IMG/VR virus record: IMGVR_UViG_3300012667_000474
Coordinates: 1 to 35,029 of that record
Direction: 5' to 3' (one strand)
Source: a virus
Lineage: Duplodnaviria > Caudoviricetes
DNA length: 35,029 bases
Shown here: piece by piece, positions 25,862-35,028 of the stretch
Layout of the letters: each line of letters starts with the position of its first letter
Position numbering within the stretch: position 1 is the stretch's first letter
The notes under the pieces: model-generated
The model's input: only the letters and a program-made list of their open reading frames with translations
Databases searched by the model: none
What the model was told of the DNA's origin: nothing
Program-made: the position numbers and the translations under genes

Positions 25862-27667
25862 TTACACGCCGTCGTTGCCGAGGGTGAAGGAACCGACGCG
25901 ACGGACACCGAAGTCCAGCGACTGGATCGCGCGCAGGCGCAGACCACCCGACAGGAACTTGGCTTCGGTCGAACGGTCGAGTTCGAGGGTGCCCCAAGTG
26001 CCCATGATCATGTCCGACCAGACGCCCGCGAACAGGTCGCCCGAGGTGATCTGGTTGGTTTCTTCGAAACGGTTGCCGGTGGTCAGACGACCCTCGGTTT
26101 CCATCAGGAAGCGGCCCGAACCGGCATCAACCTTGGTCTTCATCATGGCACCAGCCATTTCGCTGTTGCCAACGAACACCGGCGAACCGGTCTGGTTGGT
26201 GACGGCGATGTCGGTGCGCATGTCGATGATTTCGTCGCGGGTCGGGTAGACCCCGGCGAAAGTCACCGAACCGATACCAGCGGTGTTCTTGAGGCCGGTC
26301 GGCTGACCAGCGGCACCCGAACCGTAGAAACCGGCGGTGTCGATAGCCGCAGCCATCGCATCGAGGATCTGGCCGCGAACATACATTTCGATGTCAATCG
26401 TGGACTGCAACAGCATCCGACGGGTCATGTCGGTGTAGACTGCCAAGTCTTTGATCGCCAGCGAGATTTTGCGGAACGAGGGGTTCGATTCCGCAGCGTT
26501 CGCATCTTCCGAGCCGAGCCATGCAGCGGCCACGTTGGCGTTGCCACCGGGGATGTCCACATTGCCGTCAAGGCCGGTCAGCATGGTCAGACCGAGTTGA
26601 CCCAGAACCAAGCGATTGCGCAGGTTGTAGATGAACTGGTTGGCCAGATGGTCGGTCGACTGCACGTTGGCGTTGCCCGAGGTCGCCAGAGCGGCACGGA
26701 CGCGCGGATCGGTCGAGCGCATACCCGAGACTTCGAAGTCACCCCACGAACGCATCAGTTCGGCGGGCAGGCGGAACGTGCCGACGCGGGCTTCACCAGC
26801 GGCGTCAACGGCCTTCAATTCGAAGTCGGCTTCACGAACCTGTTGCGCGGTCGCGTCGTTCGAGGTGGCCAGCAAGAACTTCCGCAGCGAGAACTGACGG
26901 GTTTCTTTTTCGGTCAGGCCAATTTCCTCGTTCACCAGCGGCGTGCCTTCCGGCAGCTTGGCGCGAACGATGCCCTTGAACAGAGCAAGCGACGGCTCCT
27001 CGCCACGGCTCACGGAGCCGCGGATGAAGTCGCGTGCGACATCGCCGAGGTTGTGGGTCGTTGCAAGTGCGGTGATTTCGTTGATCGCGGTTTCCATCGC
27101 GGCACCACGTTCTTCGTCGGTGCGAACACCCGGCATCGCCCCGTTGGAGGGCGTCCCTTGTTTGATCGGGTCCATCTGGCCCTCCTTTGCTGTTGCAGAA
27201 CGACCCACACCGACCGTTTCGTCGGCAGGGATCGACACGAAAGACGCTTCCTTCGGCGTCCACTTGATGACGCGGTAAGATTCCGCATCAACATCACGCT
27301 CCACCTTGTGGACATCATAGCCCACAGAGACGTTGCGAATGATTCCGTCATCCACGTCGCGCTTGATTTCCTGCGCGCCCTCACGATTGGAGAACTTCAC
27401 CGTGACATAGAGACGGCGTTCTTCCAACCATGCGTCAGTGATGACGCCGAGTTGTTTCTCCAAACCGTCATAGCGGTTGTGGCTGTCCAGAAGCGGAGCG
27501 GTGCCGCTTTTCAAGAACGTCAAGTCCACAGCCTCGGGGGTGTGAACCAGAATTTCTTCACCGTCGTAGCGCCGATAGGGCGTTTCAGACGACAGCGGGA
27601 ACGTATACGTCCCGTCCTCATTTGCCCGAACGCGGTCGGCCAGAGTGTTACTGCGGTTGGTCAGCAT
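25862..27667 (-). CDS. Prohead protease - HK97-fold major capsid fusion
   Basis: N-terminal SSETP, PLLDSHN, IRNVSVGY and W.P.E.S.V.IPAD protease motifs; C-terminal capsid motifs AAWLGSE, TRRMLLQS and G.G..GQP.G. Confidence 0.92.
   Translation of the reverse strand: MLTNRSNTLADRVRANEDGTYTFPLSSETPYRRYDGEEILVHTPEAVDLTFLKSGTAPLLDSHNRYDGLEKQLGVITDAWLEERRLYVTVKFSNREGAQEIKRDVDDGIIRNVSVGYDVHKVERDVDAESYRVIKWTPKEASFVSIPADETVGVGRSATAKEGQMDPIKQGTPSNGAMPGVRTDEERGAAMETAINEITALATTHNLGDVARDFIRGSVSRGEEPSLALFKGIVRAKLPEGTPLVNEEIGLTEKETRQFSLRKFLLATSNDATAQQVREADFELKAVDAAGEARVGTFRLPAELMRSWGDFEVSGMRSTDPRVRAALATSGNANVQSTDHLANQFIYNLRNRLVLGQLGLTMLTGLDGNVDIPGGNANVAAAWLGSEDANAAESNPSFRKISLAIKDLAVYTDMTRRMLLQSTIDIEMYVRGQILDAMAAAIDTAGFYGSGAAGQPTGLKNTAGIGSVTFAGVYPTRDEIIDMRTDIAVTNQTGSPVFVGNSEMAGAMMKTKVDAGSGRFLMETEGRLTTGNRFEETNQITSGDLFAGVWSDMIMGTWGTLELDRSTEAKFLSGGLRLRAIQSLDFGVRRVGSFTLGNDGV
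27175..27187 (-). promoter_or_regulatory. Internal ribosome-binding site and in-frame ATG for a capsid-only product
   Basis: AAGGAGG-GCCAG-ATG at codon 165, right after the protease domain. Confidence 0.7.
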
Positions 27668-29150
27668 TTGCGTCAGCCCCTTGTGCCGTTACATCGCTTT
27701 TACCATCACTGTAATCAAGCGTCAAACCCCGCAGTTGTGCGGCCTGTTGATCCTCGTAAATCTCATCCAGCAATTCGTCGCGGTCCATGCCCCGCGCCGC
27801 TGCAATCCGAGACAGCGATGTTTGATTGGTGCGCAACGCTTCGGTGTTGGCTTTAACGTCTTTTGACGGATCAACCCAATCCCAACCGCGCGGCCGGAAC
27901 ACATAGCTGGTCAGCAAAATGTCGATCCGGGTCGGCGGCACGGCGCTGTATTCTTGCAGTGCGTGACGGACAAGCCACAAATCAAAGATTTTCTGCGTGC
28001 CGTGTTCAATGAAGAACTTCTGCATCACCTTGTAGTAGTCGCGGTCTTCGATCAGGACCGAGCGGCCGGTGGAATAGCTGACACCCTGCGTTTCCATCCC
28101 GTGCGAGAACGCCGAGATGCCGAACGACATGGCAAGGTCTTTTTTGACCTGACCTTCGAACTGCGCGTAATCGGTCGTTGCGCCGGAGGGTGAGAACTCC
28201 TCAAACTTCATGCCGTCGGGAAGCTGTTTCAGGCGACCCGGTTCCATGTCCATTTCGAACACTTCGTCTTCGTCGTCTTTCCGATCAGCAAGTTCGCTCA
28301 GACCTTCGATCTTCGGCAGTTCGCGCGTGAAGAACCCCATGAGAGCGGCGCGCAGGCGGCGGCCCATGGTTTCGGCTTCACGGTAGCCGTCCAGCATCTT
28401 GACGGGCTGAATCGCGGCAGCGGCAGGCGGTTCGCCTCGGGTCTGACCGGGGCGGTCTTTCTCGAAGATGTGGATAATCTGGTTCGCAGGCACACGACGA
28501 TACCGACGGTTGCTGTCATCAGCATACCAGACCAAATCGCCGGGGTGCGATGTCAGCAAGTGATATGCCACTGGCCGACCGAAGCGGTTGATTTCGACAC
28601 CCATACGAATGTTGTTGCCGGTCGCCGGGTGAGTGCGGTTCAGCGTCTCGTCAAGCTGGTCGCCTTCGATGGGGTTGATGGCCACACCATCGCGGTATTC
28701 CGACGAATAAACGACTTCCCAGATCACTTCGCCATCGCGGCACCACGTCGCAACGGCCTGTTTCAACAGGTCAACCATGGTCATCTGACCGCAGACCGTC
28801 GGTGCCTTGCACCACATGGACCACGCCGCTTCCACGCGCTTGTTCAGCGACACGTCCATCTTGCCGTCCAGCATCTTGACGCGCGACTGCAAGCGGAACC
28901 CTTCCGGGCCGACGATGTTGACTTTCATCAACTGGATGTATCGCTTCATGGACCCGCTGTTGCGGGCAAGGAAACGCGCTTTGGCGCGCACCTCGGCGAG
29001 ACTGTTGGCCAATTCATAGTCGGCGCTGCCGCGGCTGGCGGTGATGTCACCGTAACGCGCAACATTCTGTGCAGCCATGTAGCTGCGGCGCTTCGTCACC
29101 ACCGCGGGGGCGGGTGTGGGTTTCTTGCTCCGAGACAGGAAGCCAAACAT
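27648..29150 (-). CDS. Portal protein, lambda family
   Basis: R.KARFLARN, DGE, IRMGVEINRFGRPVAYH, RPGQTRGEP, YSTGR and WVDPSKD. Confidence 0.93.
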   Translation of the reverse strand: MFGFLSRSKKPTPAPAVVTKRRSYMAAQNVARYGDITASRGSADYELANSLAEVRAKARFLARNSGSMKRYIQLMKVNIVGPEGFRLQSRVKMLDGKMDVSLNKRVEAAWSMWCKAPTVCGQMTMVDLLKQAVATWCRDGEVIWEVVYSSEYRDGVAINPIEGDQLDETLNRTHPATGNNIRMGVEINRFGRPVAYHLLTSHPGDLVWYADDSNRRYRRVPANQIIHIFEKDRPGQTRGEPPAAAAIQPVKMLDGYREAETMGRRLRAALMGFFTRELPKIEGLSELADRKDDEDEVFEMDMEPGRLKQLPDGMKFEEFSPSGATTDYAQFEGQVKKDLAMSFGISAFSHGMETQGVSYSTGRSVLIEDRDYYKVMQKFFIEHGTQKIFDLWLVRHALQEYSAVPPTRIDILLTSYVFRPRGWDWVDPSKDVKANTEALRTNQTSLSRIAAARGMDRDELLDEIYEDQQAAQLRGLTLDYSDGKSDVTAQGADANADQPQ

Positions 29151-29716
29151 CAGATCCACCTCACGCGAATGGTGTTGTTCTTGGGCCGCCCACCGGAAGA
29201 TGACGACCCGCCCGTCCGCGCAATCTCGGCCCGGTAGTAGTCACGCCATTCAATCAGGTCTTTGACCGGCATTTTGCTGATCGAACGGTTCTTGATGCTG
29301 TAGTTGTCCACATCCGAGTCGGCGCGGCCCGCCAGCAAGGATTCAATCTTGGCCAGCATGACCTCGGCATGGGTGCGTCGATCAGCGGTCGAAGCGAACA
29401 CCCGCAACACGCCCGTCTCGGTCAGGGCCGTCTCGCTGTCACTCAGTCGCGTGACGATGATGTCCCACCGATAGTCGCCCTCGCGCCACGCGGTTGTCAC
29501 AGCCGACAGCGCGGTGAACTTCCACGCCGCCCCACCGTCAACTGCCACACCAGCAAGCGTCACCGCAGCGCCGCCCGCAGTCGGTGTCAAGCGATAAGCG
29601 ACGGAATAGAGCGTGCTGTCCAGATCAAGGGTGCGCTGCCACGCGACATACGACCCGGCGACGACAGATTCTGGTTCAGTGGTCGGCAAGTTGCCAGTGT
29701 CAAACGGATCAGCCAT
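29150..29716 (-). CDS. Head completion protein: gpW-like C-terminus with N-terminal beta domain
   Basis: Between terL and portal; C-terminal YSIKNRSISK....LIEWRDYY..E. Confidence 0.75.
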   Translation of the reverse strand: MADPFDTGNLPTTEPESVVAGSYVAWQRTLDLDSTLYSVAYRLTPTAGGAAVTLAGVAVDGGAAWKFTALSAVTTAWREGDYRWDIIVTRLSDSETALTETGVLRVFASTADRRTHAEVMLAKIESLLAGRADSDVDNYSIKNRSISKMPVKDLIEWRDYYRAEIARTGGSSSSGGRPKNNTIRVRWI

Positions 29717-31556
29717 TCTTCCACCTGTTTGCCCACGACGATTGGGGACGACCGGGTTTTGCCGCTTTTGCGACTTTCTCAGTCACCTGAGTAGCAGGTT
29801 TCGCTGTGCGGCGCAACGCTTCGCGCCGTTGCGCGTTCAGATCGACCTGCAACATCTCCAACGCCGCCGTGTTATAGACGCGCAAGTCGAATGGTTCGTT
29901 CCGGGGCCGGATCTTCACCCATTCGTTCTTGGCAAACCCCTTGAAGTATGTGGTCTTCAATTCCTCGGCCGTCATGCCGCGGAAATAATCGTCGTCGTAG
30001 TGTGCCGGGAAGCGATTATACCCTGCCGCATCCGGGTCGCTGATCTTCAACCGCGCGACAACCACTTCCTTGATCGTGTCAACGCCGAGCGGCAGCACTC
30101 TGGCATTGCCGAGGGTGTTTTTGAGCGGCCGACCGACCATCGGTTTGCCTGCACCCGAGACACCCTTGATCGCAACGCAGCGCGGCACAAGCTGGGTGAA
30201 TTTATAGACACTTGTGGTGTAGTGACCGCCAGAGTCGATTGCGATGGACCGCGGCGCCATCTCACCGAACAGTGGGTGGATGAACGTCTCGCTGAGAACG
30301 TCCTTCAAGTCCTGCCAAAACTCAGGCGTTGATGGGTCGCCGTAGACCTTGTGATACCCGAGGGACCATGATTGGTGATCGTCGCCCCAGCCGACAAATT
30401 CGACTTCGGCGCGGTCATCTTGGATGTCCACAGCCCCAGTTATCAGGGTGATTTCCTCGGGGATATTGTCGCGCGTGTCGTAATCTTCCCGGTGGTCCAT
30501 CAGATCGGACCATTCCAAGCGACGGCCCTTTTCCTCCCACGTCTCGCCGAGGAATGTGTTGACCCACGTCTTGAGCAGTTGCGGGTTGTCTTTGGAATCA
30601 ATGAAGTCGCGCACCCCATCGGCCAGCGGTGCAAACGGGCTGTAAAGCTGCGACAGGTGATACCCGACGTTGCCGTTGAAGGGCTTCTCGGCCCGCCACT
30701 CGCCGTTGCGCACGGCCTGCCGCCGGTCCTGATCATCCCAGACGCAGCCGTTGTGTTCGCAGACGTAATGTGCCGTATCGGGCTGGCCTTCCTCCCAACG
30801 CACTTGTGCCCACGCCAGCTTCTGCATCTCACCGCACTGCGGGCAGGCGCACCAGCGATACCGTTGATCAGATCGCAGGAACTCCGGCTCAATCCGACTT
30901 GTGGATTTGTTCCCCGGCGTCGAGACAAAGATGATGACCCGGTTCCAGAACGTCGTGGTCCGCTTGACGGCAAGGTTGATGGGGTCGCCCTCGGTCCCGG
31001 CCGAGGATTCAAAGCGGTCCACCTCATCGGCCACCACAACGCGGATGGGGCGTGAGGCAAGGCCCGCAGGAGCGTTGGAACCAACCATGGCGATGTGGCC
31101 GCCGGGGAAGGTCTTGGAGGCCAGAGTATTGCCGCTGTCGCGCGTGCGGGCGTCCCTGACAATACCGCGCAAGGCCGGAGTGTCGCGGATCATCGGTGCG
31201 AGACGTTCCTTTGAGAACATCTTCATGCTGTCGAGGGTGGGCGAGACGTGCAGGATCGGACACGGATCTTGGTGGATGAAATACCCGATCACGTTCTCAA
31301 TCACTGTGGATTTGCCGACCTGCGCCGAAGTCATCAGCGTGATGCGGCGCACACCCGGTTTGCCGACCATATCCATCGGCTCACGCATGTATTCGACCAT
31401 TTCGGTGCGGAACCGACCGGGCGATGCAGACGATTCGGCCGACAGGCGACGATACCTGTCAGACCATTCAGAGACGGTGATGTCCGGTGGTGGTCTGAAC
31501 GCAGGCATCACGCTTGACATGATGTCTGCGACAGAAGCGAAATTAAAGGTTGGCAT
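29709..31556 (-). CDS. terL: Terminase large subunit, lambda GpA family
   Basis: SEWSDRYR, SAQVGKS, ADEVDR, STP, CPQCG, NTFLGETW, GAVDIQ, IDSGG and NEPFDLRVY. Start could be 31571. Confidence 0.96.
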   Translation of the reverse strand: MPTFNFASVADIMSSVMPAFRPPPDITVSEWSDRYRRLSAESSASPGRFRTEMVEYMREPMDMVGKPGVRRITLMTSAQVGKSTVIENVIGYFIHQDPCPILHVSPTLDSMKMFSKERLAPMIRDTPALRGIVRDARTRDSGNTLASKTFPGGHIAMVGSNAPAGLASRPIRVVVADEVDRFESSAGTEGDPINLAVKRTTTFWNRVIIFVSTPGNKSTSRIEPEFLRSDQRYRWCACPQCGEMQKLAWAQVRWEEGQPDTAHYVCEHNGCVWDDQDRRQAVRNGEWRAEKPFNGNVGYHLSQLYSPFAPLADGVRDFIDSKDNPQLLKTWVNTFLGETWEEKGRRLEWSDLMDHREDYDTRDNIPEEITLITGAVDIQDDRAEVEFVGWGDDHQSWSLGYHKVYGDPSTPEFWQDLKDVLSETFIHPLFGEMAPRSIAIDSGGHYTTSVYKFTQLVPRCVAIKGVSGAGKPMVGRPLKNTLGNARVLPLGVDTIKEVVVARLKISDPDAAGYNRFPAHYDDDYFRGMTAEELKTTYFKGFAKNEWVKIRPRNEPFDLRVYNTAALEMLQVDLNAQRREALRRTAKPATQVTEKVAKAAKPGRPQSSWANRWKNG

Positions 31557-31770
31557 CACACCCTGCGTCAATAAGCTGGATCAGCCGCGCGCCCGTGACC
31601 ACCGAAACCGGCCCGCCATCATCCGCCAAAGCCGCCGCATGTTCCGTCCGCGCCGATTCGGTCCCGGAGCAGATCGCATTACCGCTTACCGCGTTCACGC
31701 AGCCACTCAGCGGCAGCGTCAGCGTCAGACAGACGCCCAACATCATCCATCCGTTCGCGTGTTTTGACAT
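31543..31770 (-). CDS. o-spanin-like lipoprotein (Rz1-like)
   Basis: Hydrophobic signal and lipobox LSGC; overlaps the i-spanin gene in another frame; start uncertain (31770 or 31746). Confidence 0.7.
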   Translation of the reverse strand: MSKHANGWMMLGVCLTLTLPLSGCVNAVSGNAICSGTESARTEHAAALADDGGPVSVVTGARLIQLIDAGCDANL

Positions 31771-31882
31771 ATCCCTCAAGCCCCTTTGTCTTGGCCGACT
31801 TCTTGCCGCCAAACCAGCTTGCCAACAATGCTGCGACAACAAGCGCAAGTGCGGCGGACCACATCTTGACCAGCCGGATCAT
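31679..31882 (-). CDS. i-spanin-like membrane protein (Rz-like)
   Basis: N-terminal TM helix followed by a charged helix, directly after the endolysin. Confidence 0.65.
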   Translation of the reverse strand: MIRLVKMWSAALALVVAALLASWFGGKKSAKTKGLEGYVKTRERMDDVGRLSDADAAAEWLRERGKR

Positions 31883-32526
31883 TTGTCACCTGCCGCCCAA
31901 CGGCGCAGGCGTTCCCGCATGACCCATGCCGCAGCAAGGATGACCACACCAGCAAAGGCCAGCGCGACGATCTGCGCGGTGCCATCCAGCGCGCTGACGG
32001 CGGTGATGCCCGCTCCGGCACCCGAGGCGATTTGCAGCGCCGAGGCGCGCACCGTGGTGGATTGGGTCGCATTGGTGCGGACTTTGGCAGGGCGGGCCGG
32101 AGCGCGGCGCACACCCAACACACGCGACACGCCAAACGGCGCGGTTGACACCTTGTCGCCTTGGTTGCCACCCAACAGCAAAACGCTGCCGTTGGTTTGC
32201 CAGCCCGAGAAGAAACCGACATGGCCCTGAGTTTTGCTGTTGCCGCGCGACAGGATGACCACATCCCCCTTCTGCGCGTCTTTCAGATCGACCTTCTGCC
32301 CCCAAGTCAGATAGGAGCGGGCGTTCAGTTTGCCGGTGCCTTGGATACCGCACTGTGCCAGCACAGATCCGACGAAAGCGGCGCACCATGGCGTTTCATC
32401 ATCCGTCACCCAACCGTTGCCGGTGTCGGCATACATCTTGACGATTTTCGCGTTGTGTTTCGCGCCCGGAACTTCTGCCAAACCAATATATTCGCTGGCA
32501 ACGTCGTATATCGCTTTGTTGTCCAT
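31879..32526 (-). CDS. Endolysin, TIGR02594-type NlpC/P60-like peptidase with C-terminal hydrophobic helices
   Basis: DDETPWCAAFV, ARSYL.WG, GHVGFF and LGGNQGD.V. Confidence 0.88.
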   Translation of the reverse strand: MDNKAIYDVASEYIGLAEVPGAKHNAKIVKMYADTGNGWVTDDETPWCAAFVGSVLAQCGIQGTGKLNARSYLTWGQKVDLKDAQKGDVVILSRGNSKTQGHVGFFSGWQTNGSVLLLGGNQGDKVSTAPFGVSRVLGVRRAPARPAKVRTNATQSTTVRASALQIASGAGAGITAVSALDGTAQIVALAFAGVVILAAAWVMRERLRRWAAGDK

Positions 32527-32528
32527 GA

Positions 32529-32756
32529 TTACTTCCTCAATGCGGCTTCGATGCTGTTCAACTTGTCAAAGACGGCTTTGAAACTGTCGCGCATTTCCTT
32601 GAATTCGCGGTCGTGCGCTTCCTTGTTCGTGGCCGTTGTGGCCTTCAAGACGGCAATCTCCGTCTGATGAATTTGTTGGGTGCGATACATCAGCCAAACG
32701 AAACCCGCCACGGGTGCAATGATCCATTTCATGACCGCATCGACCACTTCCATCAT
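32529..32756 (-). CDS. Putative holin or lysis-associated membrane protein
   Basis: One N-terminal TM segment plus coiled coil, immediately upstream of the endolysin. Confidence 0.55.
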   Translation of the reverse strand: MMEVVDAVMKWIIAPVAGFVWLMYRTQQIHQTEIAVLKATTATNKEAHDREFKEMRDSFKAVFDKLNSIEAALRK

Positions 32757-33346
32757 TCGTCTCCGTCAGTTTCGGTTTGCCCGTCGCGCCAATCCTCGGA
32801 CAATTCGTCCAATGCTTCGCGGACACCATCTTCAAGGCGTTCTTGGACACCATACACATCGGTCAACCCCACAACAAGCGGAGCGATGGCGGTTGGAATT
32901 TTCAAGAGGCGCGTTTTGACACGCATGACCATGTTGGTCAGGGCATGTGTCACGTCGGCCACTGGAATCAACTCACCCGCGGCCTGTTGCAACTCCATCT
33001 CCACTTTGTCGGCTTGGAGCGTTTTCAGCCGGATCTCGGCGTCATGCTTGTCAAGTCGCGCCGGTTGCTTTCCCATCGAGGGCATGGTCGCCCGACCCGG
33101 AATACGGGACATGTCGGGCAGATGTGGATAGGCGCCGCCCTTGCCCTTCTTGAACAGCAATTCCGTTCTTGACCACACACCAAGTTCGGCGAGGGGATAC
33201 ATGTTGATGTCGTCGTTATAGGGTGGCGGGTTTTCCTGCTTGCGCCAGTTCAGCATAGTCATGCGCGTCGTTCCGCACATCAGCGCTGCCGCGTCGGCGC
33301 TGATATAGAGTTTCCCGTCGGTGTGTTCGACAAACTTATGCAACAT
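32753..33346 (-). CDS. terS: Terminase small subunit (Nu1-like)
   Basis: N-terminal wHTH (AALMCGTTRMTMLNW); QADKVEMEL....GELIP, VKTRLLKIP and EALDELS. Confidence 0.85.
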   Translation of the reverse strand: MLHKFVEHTDGKLYISADAAALMCGTTRMTMLNWRKQENPPPYNDDINMYPLAELGVWSRTELLFKKGKGGAYPHLPDMSRIPGRATMPSMGKQPARLDKHDAEIRLKTLQADKVEMELQQAAGELIPVADVTHALTNMVMRVKTRLLKIPTAIAPLVVGLTDVYGVQERLEDGVREALDELSEDWRDGQTETDGDE

Positions 33347-33677
33347 CTTCGGGCACGACGATGGTGATGAAGTTGGAAATCGCGTTCTCCGATTTCGGGA
33401 ACGTCTCGACCTTACCGTCCGCAAAGGTCACTTCAAACTCGGCGTGATACGTTCCGCTCCGGGCCGTGTTGGCGGCGGTCCAGTTATAACGCACAAGCCC
33501 CGCATCAGCGTCAACCACGGTCACGGCGGCCCGATTGATGACCACAGCGCCAGAGGCACTGCGCATGTTGAACACGACAGTGGCACCGGTGATCGGCACA
33601 GGCTGTTGCGTTTTACCCAGCAAACGCGCTTCCAGCACAGGCGACGTGTCGTTGCGCTTGATGATGAATTTCGACAT
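33336..33677 (-). CDS. BppU N-terminal-like Ig-fold protein
   Basis: IKRNDTSP, GATVVFNM, GLVRYNW...NT..SGTY.AEFEVTF.DG.VETFP. Confidence 0.75.
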   Translation of the reverse strand: MSKFIIKRNDTSPVLEARLLGKTQQPVPITGATVVFNMRSASGAVVINRAAVTVVDADAGLVRYNWTAANTARSGTYHAEFEVTFADGKVETFPKSENAISNFITIVVPEDVA

Positions 33678-33678
33678 G

Positions 33679-34620
33679 TCAGACCCCTTGCATCAGCGTT
33701 ACCGATGTTTCGCCACCGGACAACAATAGCACGTCCGTCCCGTCGCCGGAAGAAAGCACCGCGCCCGTTTCCCCGCCTGTATAGACCAAAATATCTGTTC
33801 CTGCACCGGAGAAAAGCATCACCTCGGTTTCGCTGTCAACACCGAGGCGCACGACACGACTGCGGGATGTGCGAAGCCCCGTTGCTGCGCCAGTCAGTGG
33901 CAGGATACCTGTGGCTGCGCCGATGATGCGCGCTGCGCCCGAGGCCGTGCCTGTCAGCGGTAGACTGCCTGCGGCGATGCCGGTGATGAGTGCCGCACCC
34001 GATGCAGAACCAGTCAGTGGCAGGATACCTGTGGCTGCGCCGGTGATGCGCGCCGCGCCCGAGGCTGTGCCGGTCAGCGGTAGACTGCCTGCGGCGGTGC
34101 CGATGATGCGCGCTGCGCCCGAGGCCGTGCCGATCAGCGGTAGGCTTCCTGCGGAGATGCCGGTGATGAGTGCCGCACCCGAGGCCGTGCCGGTCAGCGG
34201 TAGACTGCCTGCGGCGGTGCCGGTGATTGACCCTGCCGTGTCTGTCACGGTGCCATCGGCTGCGCCGATCAGCGGTAGGCTTCCTGCTGTTGTGCCGGAG
34301 ATGAGCGCTGCGCCCGAGGCTGCACCAATTAGGTCAAGGGTGCCTGCTGTTGTGCCGGTGATGAGCGCTGCGCCCGAGGCTGCGCCGGTCAGAGGTAGGG
34401 TGCCCGCGGCAGTGCCGGTGATGAGCGCTGCGCCCGAGGCTGCGCCGGTCAGAGGTAGGGTGCCCGCGGCAGTGCCGGTGACCGAACCAACACCGGTTGT
34501 AACCGTGCCTTCGGCTGCGCCGGTCAGGTCAAGGGTGCCAGAGGCTGTGCCGACAATTAAGTTAGCCGATCCGCCATCATCCCCGAGCGGTGCAGATGCG
34601 AGTGGATAGAACCCAAGCAC
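33679..34620 (-). CDS. Gly/Ala/Thr-rich 20-aa repeat protein, probable virion surface/fibre protein
   Basis: About 11 copies of ITGTAAG(T/S)LPLTGAASGAAL; GAGGGG SD before GTG. Confidence 0.75.
   Translation of the reverse strand: MLGFYPLASAPLGDDGGSANLIVGTASGTLDLTGAAEGTVTTGVGSVTGTAAGTLPLTGAASGAALITGTAAGTLPLTGAASGAALITGTTAGTLDLIGAASGAALISGTTAGSLPLIGAADGTVTDTAGSITGTAAGSLPLTGTASGAALITGISAGSLPLIGTASGAARIIGTAAGSLPLTGTASGAARITGAATGILPLTGSASGAALITGIAAGSLPLTGTASGAARIIGAATGILPLTGAATGLRTSRSRVVRLGVDSETEVMLFSGAGTDILVYTGGETGAVLSSGDGTDVLLLSGGETSVTLMQGV
33880..34560. repeat. Intragenic 60-nt tandem repeat array with a 120-nt higher-order duplication
   Basis: Successive 60-nt lines align, e.g. 34381-34420 = 34441-34480. 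AGTCAGTGGCAGGATACCTGTGGCTGCGCC occurs at 33892 and 34012. Confidence 0.9.
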
Positions 34621-34624
34621 TCAT

Positions 34625-34792
34625 TTACCCCTCGGATGGTGGAGAAAATGTCGTCCCGTCATAGGTCCAGTCCGGCCCGACTTCCAGCGGCGCTGTGACC
34701 CAATTTTCCAGATGCGGCGGAATTTCCCATAGGAGAAATGCTTCCACCACAATGCCATTTTCGATCTTAGCTTTGACGATAGGATCAATCAT
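34625..34792 (-). CDS. 55-aa fibre-chaperone-like protein (absent from the ORF track)
   Basis: Manual translation: MIDPIVKAKIENGIVVEAFLLWEIPPHLENWVTAPLEVGPDWTYDGTTFSPPSEG. ATGA overlap; similar to the N-half of 16529..16837. Confidence 0.75.
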   Translation of the reverse strand: MIDPIVKAKIENGIVVEAFLLWEIPPHLENWVTAPLEVGPDWTYDGTTFSPPSEG

Positions 34793-35028
34793 GACCACGG
34801 CCCCACAGATGTCATACCAGTTTTGGCTGATACTTGCTGAATGAAGAATGAACTACTTGCCGAGACAGAAGCCGCCGCAGCTGTTGCCAAGCCGATAGAG
34901 GGGATAATCGTCCCCGCCGTAGTAACCTCAAAGAAACCATCAACCGTGAAATTCACAGTGCCCGATGTTGCTGCAGTCACCACCCCCGTAGTGGTTGCAG
35001 TAAGCGCACCGCCAACACCAGAAAGCGC
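34789..35028 (-). CDS. C-terminal part of a probable fibre protein, truncated by the window edge
   Basis: Frame open to the window end; Thr/Ala/Gly-rich beta-type sequence; coupled to the chaperone-like gene. Confidence 0.55.
   Translation of the reverse strand, partial: ALSGVGGALTATTTGVVTAATSGTVNFTVDGFFEVTTAGTIIPSIGLATAAAASVSASSSFFIQQVSAKTGMTSVGPWS

Noticed and set aside
25727-27856. 709-aa plus-strand ORF
   Set aside because: Antisense shadow of the capsid gene, expected from GC-rich codon bias; no recognisable motifs.
33869-34609. 60-nt repeats as a CRISPR array, or a plus-strand repeat protein
   Set aside because: Units are contiguous with no unique spacers and vary in a codon-wise manner. 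The minus-strand ORF fits the operon, so the plus-strand ORF is its shadow.
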